From a bacterium (GTDB taxonomy: Bacteria; Patescibacteriota; Minisyncoccia; Phycocordibacterales; UBA5272): a stretch of DNA of 64,000 bases. This document shows, one piece after another, positions 1 to 9,744 of the stretch; position 1 is the first letter of the stretch, and each line of letters starts with the position of its first letter. The translations under genes and the position numbers were made by a program. The stretch covers positions 3,757 to 67,756 of the forward strand of contig JAHFNC010000004.1 of the NCBI GenBank assembly GCA_023267535.1, in the 5' to 3' direction. The notes under the pieces were generated by a model, which ran no database searches, had not been told where the DNA came from, and saw only the letters and a program-made list of their open reading frames with translations.

Positions 1-1
1 A

Positions 2-172
2 ATTGCAACAAAGTATGAGAATAGTAAAAAAATAGATCACACAGAAGTACAAAAACTAACACAAGACTTAAAAAAACATTGGAAGATAATCAAAGGCGAA
101 GCTAAAGTTGCAAAAAAAGAAACTTTCAAAAGTGTAAAAAAGATAATAAAAAAGAAAAGTAAAAAAGATTAG
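2..172 (+). CDS. 3' fragment of a Lys-rich hypothetical protein (N-terminus outside window)
   Basis: Open frame 2 runs from the window edge to TAG at 170-172 (…KIIKKKSKKD*); no start inside the window. Confidence 0.3.
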   Translation: MATKYENSKKIDHTEVQKLTQDLKKHWKIIKGEAKVAKKETFKSVKKIIKKKSKKD

Positions 173-188
173 AATTTTAATATTTATC

Positions 189-563
189 TTACTTACTCGC
201 TCTTTTGGCTTCATTTGCTTTTGCTTTGGCTTTTAAAATTTCTTTTATAATTGTGGTCGGTATTTTTTGGTCGAACTTTATTTGTATGGTTTTACTTCCA
301 GTTCCGTAACCTTTCTTTTCTAGTGCTTCGCGGTCTTTACTTTGTAATGCGAAGGCGAGACCGAAAGTAACGTGATTCTTAAATACAGCAAATCCAGCGA
401 GAACACCATGATATTTGTAAAATGGCACACCCCAACTTATTCCTTCTTCTGCTTTTGGAATAGTCGCCTTTATTATTTTTCGAAGTTCTTTCATTGTCGG
501 GCGAGATTTTTCATCTGAACTGGCAATGTAGGAATCAACGTCTTTTGCTTTATAATTTCTCAT
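189..563 (-). CDS. DUF1801 (YdhG-like) domain protein
   Basis: 124-aa ORF; by memory it resembles the DUF1801/YdhG family (…GVPFYKYHGVLAGFAVFKNHVTFGL…), no search run. Confidence 0.55.
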   Translation of the reverse strand: MRNYKAKDVDSYIASSDEKSRPTMKELRKIIKATIPKAEEGISWGVPFYKYHGVLAGFAVFKNHVTFGLAFALQSKDREALEKKGYGTGSKTIQIKFDQKIPTTIIKEILKAKAKANEAKRASK

Positions 564-601
564 TTTCTTTATGAGATAATTTTATCATATTGTTGGTAAC
601 C

Positions 602-895
602 TTAACTTAAAGAAAAATAGAAAGTAGTGACTATTATTATTTGAATAAAAATCATCGTAAAAAGTCTCTTAAGACCCGCAAGCGATGAAAAAGAAAGACA
701 TTGGAATATGCTTTTTACTTTAGGGTTAAATAAATATATTGCCAAAGATAAAAAATAAATTATTGCTGCCATCACCGTGACCACCAGAAGATTCGGACCC
801 TCAGGGTCATTGAAAAAGAAGAACATTACTCTAGAGCAGACGAGAGCTGTTATACCTAAAATAATTAATGAAATCTTTTTTGATTTGTAATACAT
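602..895 (-). CDS. small hydrophobic membrane protein
   Basis: 97-aa ORF with 3 predicted TM-like hydrophobic stretches. Confidence 0.4.
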   Translation of the reverse strand: MYYKSKKISLIILGITALVCSRVMFFFFNDPEGPNLLVVTVMAAIIYFLSLAIYLFNPKVKSIFQCLSFSSLAGLKRLFTMIFIQIIIVTTFYFSLS

Positions 896-1183
896 ATTGT
901 AATTATACTAGAAAATTTACCAACATTGTTTTCTAAATACCACACTTTTTAAAGAAAAACGGTGCCTGTCCCCAATTCCAAATAGGTGTTTTAGGGATTA
1001 AGGATAGCACTAGTGTTGGAGATGTAGATATACGAAATTACGCGAAGTATATTTTGAGAGATGGGAAAGATATAGAAAAAAGAGAGTTGCTAGGATGTCT
1101 AAAAAGTAAAATTTTGCTATCAGATAAAAAGATCTACATAAGCGAAATTGAGTTAGTCCCAGTTAATCAAAAGTGATATAATT

Positions 1184-2650
1184 ATGAGTAAATTTATGTT
1201 TGAACAAACTTTTAAGAATATAGACGACATCTTACATAAAGATGCAGGATGCGGAAGTGAGCTTGATTATGTTGAACAAACCTCATGGGTACTATTTTTG
1301 AAGTACCTCGATGATTTAGAGAAAGACAAGAAAACAGCGGCTGAACTTGCAGGAAAAAAGTACACCAACATCATATCTACTGAATACAGTTGGACTACGT
1401 GGGCTACACCAAAAGGTAAAGACGGAAAACTTGATCATCATAAAGCCTTAACTGGAGATGATTTAAAAGACTTTGTTGATCTTAAACTTTTTCCTTATCT
1501 TAAGAAATTTAAAACCACAGCTTTAAGTCCAGATACTATTGAATACAAGATTGGTGAGATTTTTTCTGAATTAAAAAATAGAATTCATAGTGGATATAAC
1601 TTACGTGAAGTTATTAATCGTATAGACGAGCTTCGTTTTCGTACTCATGCAGAAAAGCATGAAATGAGCCACTTGTATGAATCTAAAATACAGAACATGG
1701 GGAATGCTGGTCGTAATGGTGGTGAGTACTATACTCCAAGACCACTTATTACTACTATTGTTAAAGTGGTAGCTCCAAAAATTGGAGACACTATTTATGA
1801 TGGTGCAGTAGGTAGTGCAGGATTCTTATGTGAAGCTTTTGATTACCTAAAGAAGAGTAAAAACCTTACAACGAAAGATGTAGAAATTTTACAAAAGAAA
1901 ACTTTTTATGGAAAGGAAAAGAAATCATTAGCATATATTATCGGTACAATGAATATGATTTTACACGGTGTAGAAGCTCCTAATATTATCCATACCAACA
2001 CTCTTGCTGAAAATCTTGCAGATATACAAGAAAAAGATCGTTATAATGTTGTGTTGGCAAACCCACCATTTGGAGGAAAAGAACGAGTAGAGGTACAGCA
2101 GAACTTTCCAATTAAAACAGGAGAAACTGCTTCTCTTTTCTTACAACACTTTATTAAGATATTAAAAGCAGGAGGTAAAGGCGGTGTGGTTATAAAAAAT
2201 ACATTTCTTAGTAATACAGATAACGCTACGGTTAGTTTAAGAAAGTTACTTCTTGAGAATTGTAACCTACATACAGTATTAGACTTACCTGCTGGAACTT
2301 TTACAGGTGCCGGTGTCAAAACAGTCGTACTCTTTTTTGAAAAAGGGTCCTCTACGAAAAAAGTATGGTTCTATCAACTTAACTTAGACAGAAATCTCGG
2401 TAAAACAAATTCACTTAGCGAGAAAGATTTAGAAGATTTTATTAAACTTCAAAAGAATAAAGCAGAAAGTGAAAACTCTTGGAGTATAGATATAAAAAAC
2501 ATAGACCAAAAGACTTTTGATTTAAGTGCAAAGAACCCTAACAAAAAAGAAGAGGTTGCTTTGCGTTCCCCAGAAGAGATTTTGAAAGAGATGAAAGCTT
2601 TAGATAAGGAGAGTGAAAAGATATTAAGCGGTATTATTAAATTGATATGA
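1184..2650 (+). CDS. hsdM: Type I restriction-modification system, N6-adenine DNA methyltransferase subunit M
   Basis: 488 aa; N12 methylase NPPF motif 'LANPPFGG'; AdoMet-binding 'DGAVGSAGF'; HsdM N-terminal domain. Confidence 0.9.
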   Translation: MSKFMFEQTFKNIDDILHKDAGCGSELDYVEQTSWVLFLKYLDDLEKDKKTAAELAGKKYTNIISTEYSWTTWATPKGKDGKLDHHKALTGDDLKDFVDLKLFPYLKKFKTTALSPDTIEYKIGEIFSELKNRIHSGYNLREVINRIDELRFRTHAEKHEMSHLYESKIQNMGNAGRNGGEYYTPRPLITTIVKVVAPKIGDTIYDGAVGSAGFLCEAFDYLKKSKNLTTKDVEILQKKTFYGKEKKSLAYIIGTMNMILHGVEAPNIIHTNTLAENLADIQEKDRYNVVLANPPFGGKERVEVQQNFPIKTGETASLFLQHFIKILKAGGKGGVVIKNTFLSNTDNATVSLRKLLLENCNLHTVLDLPAGTFTGAGVKTVVLFFEKGSSTKKVWFYQLNLDRNLGKTNSLSEKDLEDFIKLQKNKAESENSWSIDIKNIDQKTFDLSAKNPNKKEEVALRSPEEILKEMKALDKESEKILSGIIKLI

Positions 2651-3714
2651 ATGAAAAAAAAGAAGTAAAACATATTTTTATAGATTCGAATATTTTTTTA
2701 GATTTTTATAGATTAGGGAAAGAAGATTTAGAGAAACTTAATCAGTTGATTGACTTTGTTAAAAATGGTGATATTAAAATATATTTAACAAAACAGGTCT
2801 ACGATGAATTTTACAGACACAGAGAAGACACCTTTCAAAAAACATACAAAGGTTTTTTAGACTCAAAAACTGATATTCAGATGAATTCTATTTTTAAGAA
2901 TTATCCAGAATATAAAAAGATTACTCTTTTGAAAAAAGCTTTAGAGAAACTTAAGTCTGACTTAGGTCAAAAAGTAGAAAGTGACATGAGTTCAAAAAGT
3001 TTAATTGCGGATGAGGTTGTGAGAAAAATATTTGAAGCCTCTTTTTATATTGATTCGGATAAGTTTTTAGAAATGGCGATTATAAGACACAGACTTGGAA
3101 ATCCACCAGGTAAAAAAAATACTAGTTATGGAGATGAAATCAACTGGGAAACATTACTAAGTGTGGTTCCTGACGGAGAAAAACTAATAATAGTTAGTAA
3201 CGATGGAGATTACGAAAGTCCAATGTCAGAAAGAAAAATCAACGGCTATTTGGAAGCTGAATGGGATAAAAAAAAGAAATCAAAAATCTATTTATACAAG
3301 TCCCTAAGTTCATTTTTTAGAGAACACAACATTGCTATTGAGTTTGAAATTGAACAAGATAAAAGTTTACTTGTAGAAAATTTGATAAACAGTGGTAGTT
3401 TTATGGTAACTCACGAAGTTATAAGAAGGCTTTCAAAGTATAATTCATTTTCAGACGACCAAATAAAAGGTCTTGCTACAGCTTTACTAGGTAACTCGCA
3501 AGTACGGTCAATTATAGAAGATGATGATGTTAGAACTTTTTATAAAATAAACTTACTGTCTAGGTCTGATATTTTTGACGATGAAATGTGGAGTGAGATA
3601 GAGTCTCTTATTATAGTTAACCCAGTTCAGGTTAATAAAGATATTGAGGATATTATTAAAAGTCTTGATGATAAAATTGATGAAGATATCAATGTGGACG
3701 ACATTCCATTTTAA
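2647..3714 (+). CDS. PIN-like domain protein inside the Type I R-M operon (candidate abortive-infection/nuclease component)
   Basis: 355 aa; start overlaps hsdM stop (ATGA) and ends 3 nt before hsdS. N-term 'IFIDSNIFLDFY' … 'IIVSNDGDYES' gives acidic residues spaced like a PIN fold, with an acidic C-terminal tail. The family call comes from motif pattern only. Confidence 0.45.
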   Translation: MNEKKEVKHIFIDSNIFLDFYRLGKEDLEKLNQLIDFVKNGDIKIYLTKQVYDEFYRHREDTFQKTYKGFLDSKTDIQMNSIFKNYPEYKKITLLKKALEKLKSDLGQKVESDMSSKSLIADEVVRKIFEASFYIDSDKFLEMAIIRHRLGNPPGKKNTSYGDEINWETLLSVVPDGEKLIIVSNDGDYESPMSERKINGYLEAEWDKKKKSKIYLYKSLSSFFREHNIAIEFEIEQDKSLLVENLINSGSFMVTHEVIRRLSKYNSFSDDQIKGLATALLGNSQVRSIIEDDDVRTFYKINLLSRSDIFDDEMWSEIESLIIVNPVQVNKDIEDIIKSLDDKIDEDINVDDIPF

Positions 3715-3717
3715 TTT

Positions 3718-4839
3718 ATGAAAAAAGAAAACTGGGAAATAAAAAGTTTTGAAGAATGTCTTGAAAAAGTTGTTTATACAAACAAAATTCAAAGAAAAGA
3801 TTTTCTTGATAATGGAAAGCATCCAGTAATTTCACAAGAGAAAGATTTTGTTAATGGGTACTGGGATAATTCTAAAGATTTATTTAAGGTTAGAAAACCA
3901 GTTATAATTTTTGGTGATCATACACAAGTCTTAAAATATGTAGATTTTGATTTTGTTCTTGGTGCTGATGGTGTAAAAATACTTCAGCCTACAAGTGAGC
4001 TAGAACCAAGATTTTTTTACTATTATTTACAAAACATAAATATTGGTAGTTTAGGATACGCAAGACATTACAGATTATTAAAAGAGAGTGAAGTAGAATT
4101 TCCAAAGTCTCTTTTAGAACAGCAACGCATAGTGTCAGTTTTAGATAAAGCATTCGTTGATATATCTAAAGCAAAAGATATTGCTGAACAGAATCTTAAA
4201 AATGCAAAAGAACTTTTTGAAAGTTATTTACAGAGTATGTTTACAAATAAAGGAGATGATTGGGAAGAGAAAACATTAGGCGGTATTGCTTTTGTAAAAA
4301 GTGGAGGAACTCCTTCAAGGTCTAAAAAAGAATACTGGACAGGTAAAATAGCTTGGTATTCGTCGGGTGAATTAAATAATTTGTACACCACAACGCCAGA
4401 AAGATATATTAACGATTTAGCAATTAGTAACTCAAATGCAAAAATCTTTCCAAAAGGTTCTCTTTTAATAGGTATGTATGATACTGCGGCTCTAAAAATG
4501 TCTATATTAGACAGAGACGGTTCTTTTAATCAAGCTATTGCAGGTGTAAAACCTAATGACAAAATTGACTTAACTTTTATTTTACACTCTATCAACTCTA
4601 TCAAACCAGAATTACTTAATTTAAGACGTGGTGTTCGTCAGAAAAATCTAAGTCTTGAAAAGATAAAAAGTATCCCTACCTATGTTCCTCCACTTCAAGT
4701 ACAGAAGAATGTTGTTTCTAAATTAGGAGAACTTTCCACTGAAACAAAAAAACTTGAAGCAATCTATGAACAAAAATTAAATGACTTAGAAGAACTTAAG
4801 AAAAGTATTCTTCAAAAGGTATTTAACGGCGAACTATAA
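3718..4839 (+). CDS. hsdS: Type I restriction-modification system specificity subunit S
   Basis: 373 aa; lies between M and R genes; two TRD-like halves with coiled-coil conserved regions (…LEEL KKSILQKVFNGEL at C-term typical of HsdS). Confidence 0.8.
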   Translation: MKKENWEIKSFEECLEKVVYTNKIQRKDFLDNGKHPVISQEKDFVNGYWDNSKDLFKVRKPVIIFGDHTQVLKYVDFDFVLGADGVKILQPTSELEPRFFYYYLQNINIGSLGYARHYRLLKESEVEFPKSLLEQQRIVSVLDKAFVDISKAKDIAEQNLKNAKELFESYLQSMFTNKGDDWEEKTLGGIAFVKSGGTPSRSKKEYWTGKIAWYSSGELNNLYTTTPERYINDLAISNSNAKIFPKGSLLIGMYDTAALKMSILDRDGSFNQAIAGVKPNDKIDLTFILHSINSIKPELLNLRRGVRQKNLSLEKIKSIPTYVPPLQVQKNVVSKLGELSTETKKLEAIYEQKLNDLEELKKSILQKVFNGEL

Positions 4840-4860
4840 AAGTGCTATAATGTCAAGATT

Positions 4861-7182
4861 ATGAACGAATCTGAAACAAGGGCAGAGCTAATTGATCCAA
4901 AGCTAAAAGCTTGTGGTTGGGGTGTTGTTGAAGGATCTAAAATACTCCGTGAATACAATATTACTGCTGGTAAAATCCAAACTGGAGGTATAAGAGGAAA
5001 GCTACTTACTGCTGATTATGTATTGGTCTACAAAGGCATAAAATTGGCTGTGGTTGAGGCAAAGAGTGCAAATATAGGAGTTGGTGAGGGTGTTGCACAA
5101 GCCAAGCAATATGCAGAGAAACTAAAAATAGAAACAACCTATTCTACAAACGGAAAAGAGATATACAGTATCTGTATGAAAACTGGTGTTGAGGGTTTGG
5201 TTTCTGGTTATCTCTCACCTGATGAACTTTGGAACAAAACTTTTTCGGTTCAAAATGAATGGAGAGAGAAATTTAGTTCTATTCCTTTTGAAGATAAGAG
5301 TGGCTCTTGGCAATTACGTTATTATCAAGAAATAGCAGTAAAGAATGTTCTTGAATATGTTGCAAATGATAGGGACCGCATTTTGCTCACCTTAGCTACT
5401 GGTACAGGTAAAACAGCTATCGCTTTTCAGATAGTATGGAAACTATTTCAGACAAGATGGAATTTAAAACGTGACGGTTCTCGTCGTCCTCGTATTTTAT
5501 TTTTAGCAGATAGAAACATATTAGCCGACCAAGCATACAACTCTTTTTCTTCATTTCCAGAAGATGCTTTGGTGCGTATTAATCCTAAAGAAATAAGTAA
5601 GAAAGGAAGTGTGCCTACTAATGGGTCTATTTTCTTTACTATCTTTCAAACCTTTATGAGTGGTAAAGATGCCGAGGGAAACCCTGCACCATACTTCGGA
5701 GAATATCCATCTGATTACTTTGATTTTATTATTATAGACGAATGTCATCGTGGCGGTGCAAACGATGAAGGAAACTGGAGAGGTATCTTGGAATATTTTT
5801 CTCCTGCTGTGCAATTAGGTTTAACAGCTACCCCAAAGCGTAAAGATAATGTCGATACATATAAATATTTTGGTGAGCCAGTATATATTTATTCTCTTAA
5901 AGAGGGTATTAATGATGGATTTCTTACACCTTTTAAGGTTAAGCGTATTAAGACAACATTAGACGATTATATTTATACAAGTGATGACCAAATCATCGAA
6001 GGGGAAATCGAGGAAGGAAAACTTTATACCGAACCTGATTTTAATAAGATAATTGAAATTAAAGCGAGAGAAGAAAAGCGTGTGAAGGTATTTATGGACG
6101 AAGCAAATCAAAATGAAAAAGCTATTGTCTTTTGTGCTACTCAAGATCATGCGGCTGCGGTTCGTGATTTAATTAATCAATACAAGAAAAGTGCTGATCC
6201 AAATTATTGTGTCCGTGTTACAGCAAATGATGGAGAGATAGGCGAACAATTTTTAAGAGAATTCCAAGATAACGAAAAAACTATACCAACTATTTTAACG
6301 ACATCACAGAAACTTTCAACTGGAGTAGATGCTAGAAATATACGTAACATTGTACTCATGCGACCAGTGAACTCTATGATTGAATTTAAGCAAATTGTAG
6401 GGCGTGGTACACGTTTATTTGATGGTAAGGAATTCTTTACTATTTATGACTTTGTGGATGCTTATCACCATTTTGCGGATCCTGAATGGGATGGAGAACC
6501 GATCAGTCCAGTAGATGATGAACCTACGGAACCTAAACCACCAAAAGGGGTAGAGGGTGAACCACCTTTTCCTCCAGAACCACCAACAGAACCAAATAAG
6601 AAACTTAAGATTAAATTACGAGATGGAAAAGAACGTGAAATACAACACATGATAGCAACTTCTTTTTGGGGTGCAGACGGTAAACCTATTTCTGTGGAAG
6701 AGTTTTTACAAAACCTGTTTGGGACACTGCCTAGTCTTTTTAAGGGTGAAGAAGAGTTGCGAGAGATATGGAGTAATCCAATAACAAGAAAAAGTTTGTT
6801 AGAAAAACTAGACGAGGCTGGGTATGGAAAAGACGAACTAACTACATTACAGAAATTAATTGACGCTGAAAATAGTGATCTTTTTGATGTGTTGGAATAT
6901 GTATTTAATAGTGACGTTAAACCGATACCAAGAGAGATAAGAGTAGAAACATCACAGGAAACTATTTTTGAATCCCTTAATGATAAACAAAAAGAATTTA
7001 TTGAATTTGTGTTGAGTAAATATATTGAAACAGGTGTAGAAGAATTAGACCAAGAGAAACTACCAATACTTCTTACTAATAAATATCAGTCGCTAGAAGA
7101 TGCAAAAGATACACTAGGTGATATTGATTTGATTCGTTCGATTTTCTTCAAATTCCAAGAGAAACTATACGCAAAAGTATAA
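4861..7182 (+). CDS. hsdR: Type I restriction enzyme R subunit (short, EcoEI-R-C-type C-terminus)
   Basis: 773 aa. N-term 'MNESETRAELIDPKLKACGWG' nuclease domain with D…VVEAK; SF2 motifs 'TGTGKT' and 'DECHR'; Pro-rich linker then a C-terminal domain. Confidence 0.9.
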   Translation: MNESETRAELIDPKLKACGWGVVEGSKILREYNITAGKIQTGGIRGKLLTADYVLVYKGIKLAVVEAKSANIGVGEGVAQAKQYAEKLKIETTYSTNGKEIYSICMKTGVEGLVSGYLSPDELWNKTFSVQNEWREKFSSIPFEDKSGSWQLRYYQEIAVKNVLEYVANDRDRILLTLATGTGKTAIAFQIVWKLFQTRWNLKRDGSRRPRILFLADRNILADQAYNSFSSFPEDALVRINPKEISKKGSVPTNGSIFFTIFQTFMSGKDAEGNPAPYFGEYPSDYFDFIIIDECHRGGANDEGNWRGILEYFSPAVQLGLTATPKRKDNVDTYKYFGEPVYIYSLKEGINDGFLTPFKVKRIKTTLDDYIYTSDDQIIEGEIEEGKLYTEPDFNKIIEIKAREEKRVKVFMDEANQNEKAIVFCATQDHAAAVRDLINQYKKSADPNYCVRVTANDGEIGEQFLREFQDNEKTIPTILTTSQKLSTGVDARNIRNIVLMRPVNSMIEFKQIVGRGTRLFDGKEFFTIYDFVDAYHHFADPEWDGEPISPVDDEPTEPKPPKGVEGEPPFPPEPPTEPNKKLKIKLRDGKEREIQHMIATSFWGADGKPISVEEFLQNLFGTLPSLFKGEEELREIWSNPITRKSLLEKLDEAGYGKDELTTLQKLIDAENSDLFDVLEYVFNSDVKPIPREIRVETSQETIFESLNDKQKEFIEFVLSKYIETGVEELDQEKLPILLTNKYQSLEDAKDTLGDIDLIRSIFFKFQEKLYAKV

Positions 7183-7200
7183 TTTTTCTTACTCAAAAAG

Positions 7201-9744
7201 TTAGATCATTCTTTTCTTTATGTTTCGTACAAGATCAGTGATTTCTTTCTTTGCAATATCAGGGATTTTAAATATAGAAACATCAGTTTTTAATAACCAT
7301 TCGGCACATTCCTTTCTATCATAATCCATACTTTCAATGTGGTTAGAAATTTCAATGGCTGTATGTCTACTTAGTCCGAGATTGATAAGAGAAACTTGGG
7401 TCCTTTCAAATACCCCAAACTCGAGCCACATATTTAAATCAGGGACGGAATCAAGAAACTCAGGGTGATTCATACTAAGATAATACTTTAAAATATCAAT
7501 ATAACATGAAGAATACTTTGCAAATTTAAACCTAACATATTCTTCTATATCCCCCATTGTGTTTCTGATAATTAGTGAAAGCTTTTTCTTGGGATCTCTA
7601 TTCTCCCAGTACCTAATATTAGACTTTATTATTCTAGCAAGTGGATATCCTCTCATCCAATTAGTTACTAGAATGGTGTAGTAAGGTGCGAGCGCTTCGT
7701 GGTCCCCAGAAAGAATTCTACTTATTCTTTTTATAATTGCTATGTAGCAATTAGACGCATCTAAATCGTCAGGTAAAACAGGAATTAGGTTTTTTATGTC
7801 ATCATCATAATTTACAAAATAATCAAAGAGTTTTTGTTGAGATATGGGGTTTATACCGGGATTTCTAAAAATTATATCATCTGGTATTTGAAGTGACTCT
7901 TTTACTTTTGAACACTCTACCTCAAGTTCATTAATGAAATCTTCGTCAAGAGGTTCATTTTTTAAGGAAGAGTTTTTAAGGAATTTTGTGAAATAATAAC
8001 TAAAAGCATATTCATGGTTAGAGCTAGAAGTTTCTTTAAAGTTACCTCTTATGTATTCAAGAAGATCAGTTTTATTTTCTGAAGCTTCAGTGATTGCTCT
8101 CTTAATAAAGTGCTTTGTTTTTTCTCTGATAGGTATATTATCCCAATCTTCAGGATCAATACATATAATATTTCCTTGAAATTCCTTTTTTAGGCGACCA
8201 GCTCGACCAGCGAGATTCCAAAAATCAGCTCCTGACATCGGTACTTTATTTCCTCTTTTTGGTTTTCTTATAAAAATTGATTTTGCTGGAAGGTTAACTC
8301 CTTCGAGAAGGGTTGAAGTACATACTAAGTATTTAATATGACCCTCAGAATATAATCTTTCAATTTCTTTTCTAATAACAAGTGGCATGTTGCCGTAATG
8401 AAAAGCAATCTTTCTTTCTAGAACTTTAGCTAAAGCATATTCTGGATGAATTAATTTCTTTATTAAATCAATCAATTCATTTATTTGATCATCTTCTGTT
8501 TCCTCTTTAGTTCCGACAAGATCAAAAAGTTTTTCTGAAGCATCTTCAGCATCTGCTTGTCCATTTACATATATCATGTTGCCACCTTCATTTGAACCAA
8601 GTAAGTAGCAAAAAGTAGACAGTTTTTCTTTTTCGTTTAAAGTTTGATTTAAGTTAATTTGCCCCAGTGGAGTAGATATATTTTTTAGACATAGGTTTAC
8701 GCTCCACTGCTTAGGGTGCCCCACTAATTGTGATACCCAAATTAAATTTTGATTTACGGCAATATATTCAGTAACTATAGTAGACCTATCTTCCTGGTTA
8801 CCTAAGCCATCCAGTAGAACCCCAGGGTTTTGAGAGAATGGACTACAGAATAGTATTTTTATGGCTGGTAGTCGAGTTGTAAGCTCTTCAATTTTTTGTT
8901 GTAAAAGAATACCTCTACCACCATCTCCAATTTTTTGAGCTTCGTCAATGACAAGAAAATCAATCTTAAAAGTGGGATTGTCACTTAGAAACCAATGTAA
9001 TCTTTCTTGCGTAAATATAAATAGAGATGGTTTGTTTAAGTCCATTTCATCAGGTGACTGAGGTACAGAACTTAGGTAAACAGAATAGTCTTCCTTATTA
9101 AACAATTGATCAGAAAAATCTTGCTCTACTTGATTGATAAGTGCTCTGGTAGGGACTATGTAGACAATATTTTTTGGATTCTTTTTGTCGTTTAGTTGCT
9201 CTAAAACAAAAGTATTTAGAATAAATGATTTTCCAGAAGAGGTTGGAGCAGAAGCACTTAAATAGTTTGAACTGTATGCTTTATCGTAAAAGTCTTTTTG
9301 AAATTTATTAAGATATATTGGCTCTTCATTTGTTTTTGTAAAAATGATATGTTCCACATCTCTTCTTGCATTTTCAATTTTAAAAGGTAACGGTATATCA
9401 TTATCGTAATCTGAAGGTAGATATTTCTTATGGATAGCAAGATTAATAGCTGGTTTGTTTGTTAACTTATGCAAAATGATAGATGCTCCAATTCTTTGGT
9501 TCTTCTTTGTTTCTGCATCTGTTAAACAACACTGGGCAATCCTTAATGCTGCATCTTGACAATCTGGGTTATCTGAATGTGATATTATACTTGCACACAT
9601 TAATAAATGATCCCAGTTTGGTATGTAAAATAAGTCAGATTGTTGATTTAAAATTGGGAAAAGTTTTATTACCGAATTTCTAATAATAGATAATAGGTCT
9701 TGTTGAAAGCTTTTTAAGTTATAAACTTTTTCAGGAAGGGTCAT
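7201..9744 (-). CDS. hamB: Hachiman-like SF2 helicase (HamB candidate)
   Basis: 847 aa; Walker A 'TSSGKS', motif II 'VIDEAQ', motif VI 'LAGRAGR'; start overlaps the preceding DUF1837-like gene by 14 nt. Confidence 0.6.
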   Translation of the reverse strand: MTLPEKVYNLKSFQQDLLSIIRNSVIKLFPILNQQSDLFYIPNWDHLLMCASIISHSDNPDCQDAALRIAQCCLTDAETKKNQRIGASIILHKLTNKPAINLAIHKKYLPSDYDNDIPLPFKIENARRDVEHIIFTKTNEEPIYLNKFQKDFYDKAYSSNYLSASAPTSSGKSFILNTFVLEQLNDKKNPKNIVYIVPTRALINQVEQDFSDQLFNKEDYSVYLSSVPQSPDEMDLNKPSLFIFTQERLHWFLSDNPTFKIDFLVIDEAQKIGDGGRGILLQQKIEELTTRLPAIKILFCSPFSQNPGVLLDGLGNQEDRSTIVTEYIAVNQNLIWVSQLVGHPKQWSVNLCLKNISTPLGQINLNQTLNEKEKLSTFCYLLGSNEGGNMIYVNGQADAEDASEKLFDLVGTKEETEDDQINELIDLIKKLIHPEYALAKVLERKIAFHYGNMPLVIRKEIERLYSEGHIKYLVCTSTLLEGVNLPAKSIFIRKPKRGNKVPMSGADFWNLAGRAGRLKKEFQGNIICIDPEDWDNIPIREKTKHFIKRAITEASENKTDLLEYIRGNFKETSSSNHEYAFSYYFTKFLKNSSLKNEPLDEDFINELEVECSKVKESLQIPDDIIFRNPGINPISQQKLFDYFVNYDDDIKNLIPVLPDDLDASNCYIAIIKRISRILSGDHEALAPYYTILVTNWMRGYPLARIIKSNIRYWENRDPKKKLSLIIRNTMGDIEEYVRFKFAKYSSCYIDILKYYLSMNHPEFLDSVPDLNMWLEFGVFERTQVSLINLGLSRHTAIEISNHIESMDYDRKECAEWLLKTDVSIFKIPDIAKKEITDLVRNIKKRMI

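Noticed and set aside
937-1176. Open frame upstream of hsdM ending at TGA 1174-1176 (…VGDVDIRNYAKYILRDGKDIEKRELLGCLKSKILLSDKKIYISEIELVPVNQK)
   Set aside because: No ATG/GTG start and no RBS; possibly a remnant of a deleted gene but not callable as a CDS.
2041-2319. Antisense ORFs inside larger genes (e.g. 2041-2319, 5551-5814, 9258-9440, 9483-9683, 12087-12563, 14685-15066, 22688-23062, 30254-30568, 36394-36941, 56809-57497, 60715-61578)
   Set aside because: Each lies wholly within and opposite to a well-supported conserved CDS; no motifs; typical AT-rich antisense open frames.
6465-6650. 61-aa Gly/Ser-rich antisense ORF in hsdR
   Set aside because: It is the reverse complement of the Pro/Glu-rich linker (PVDDEPTEPKPPKGVEGEPPFPPEPPTEP) of HsdR. 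This is a low-complexity artefact, not a gene.
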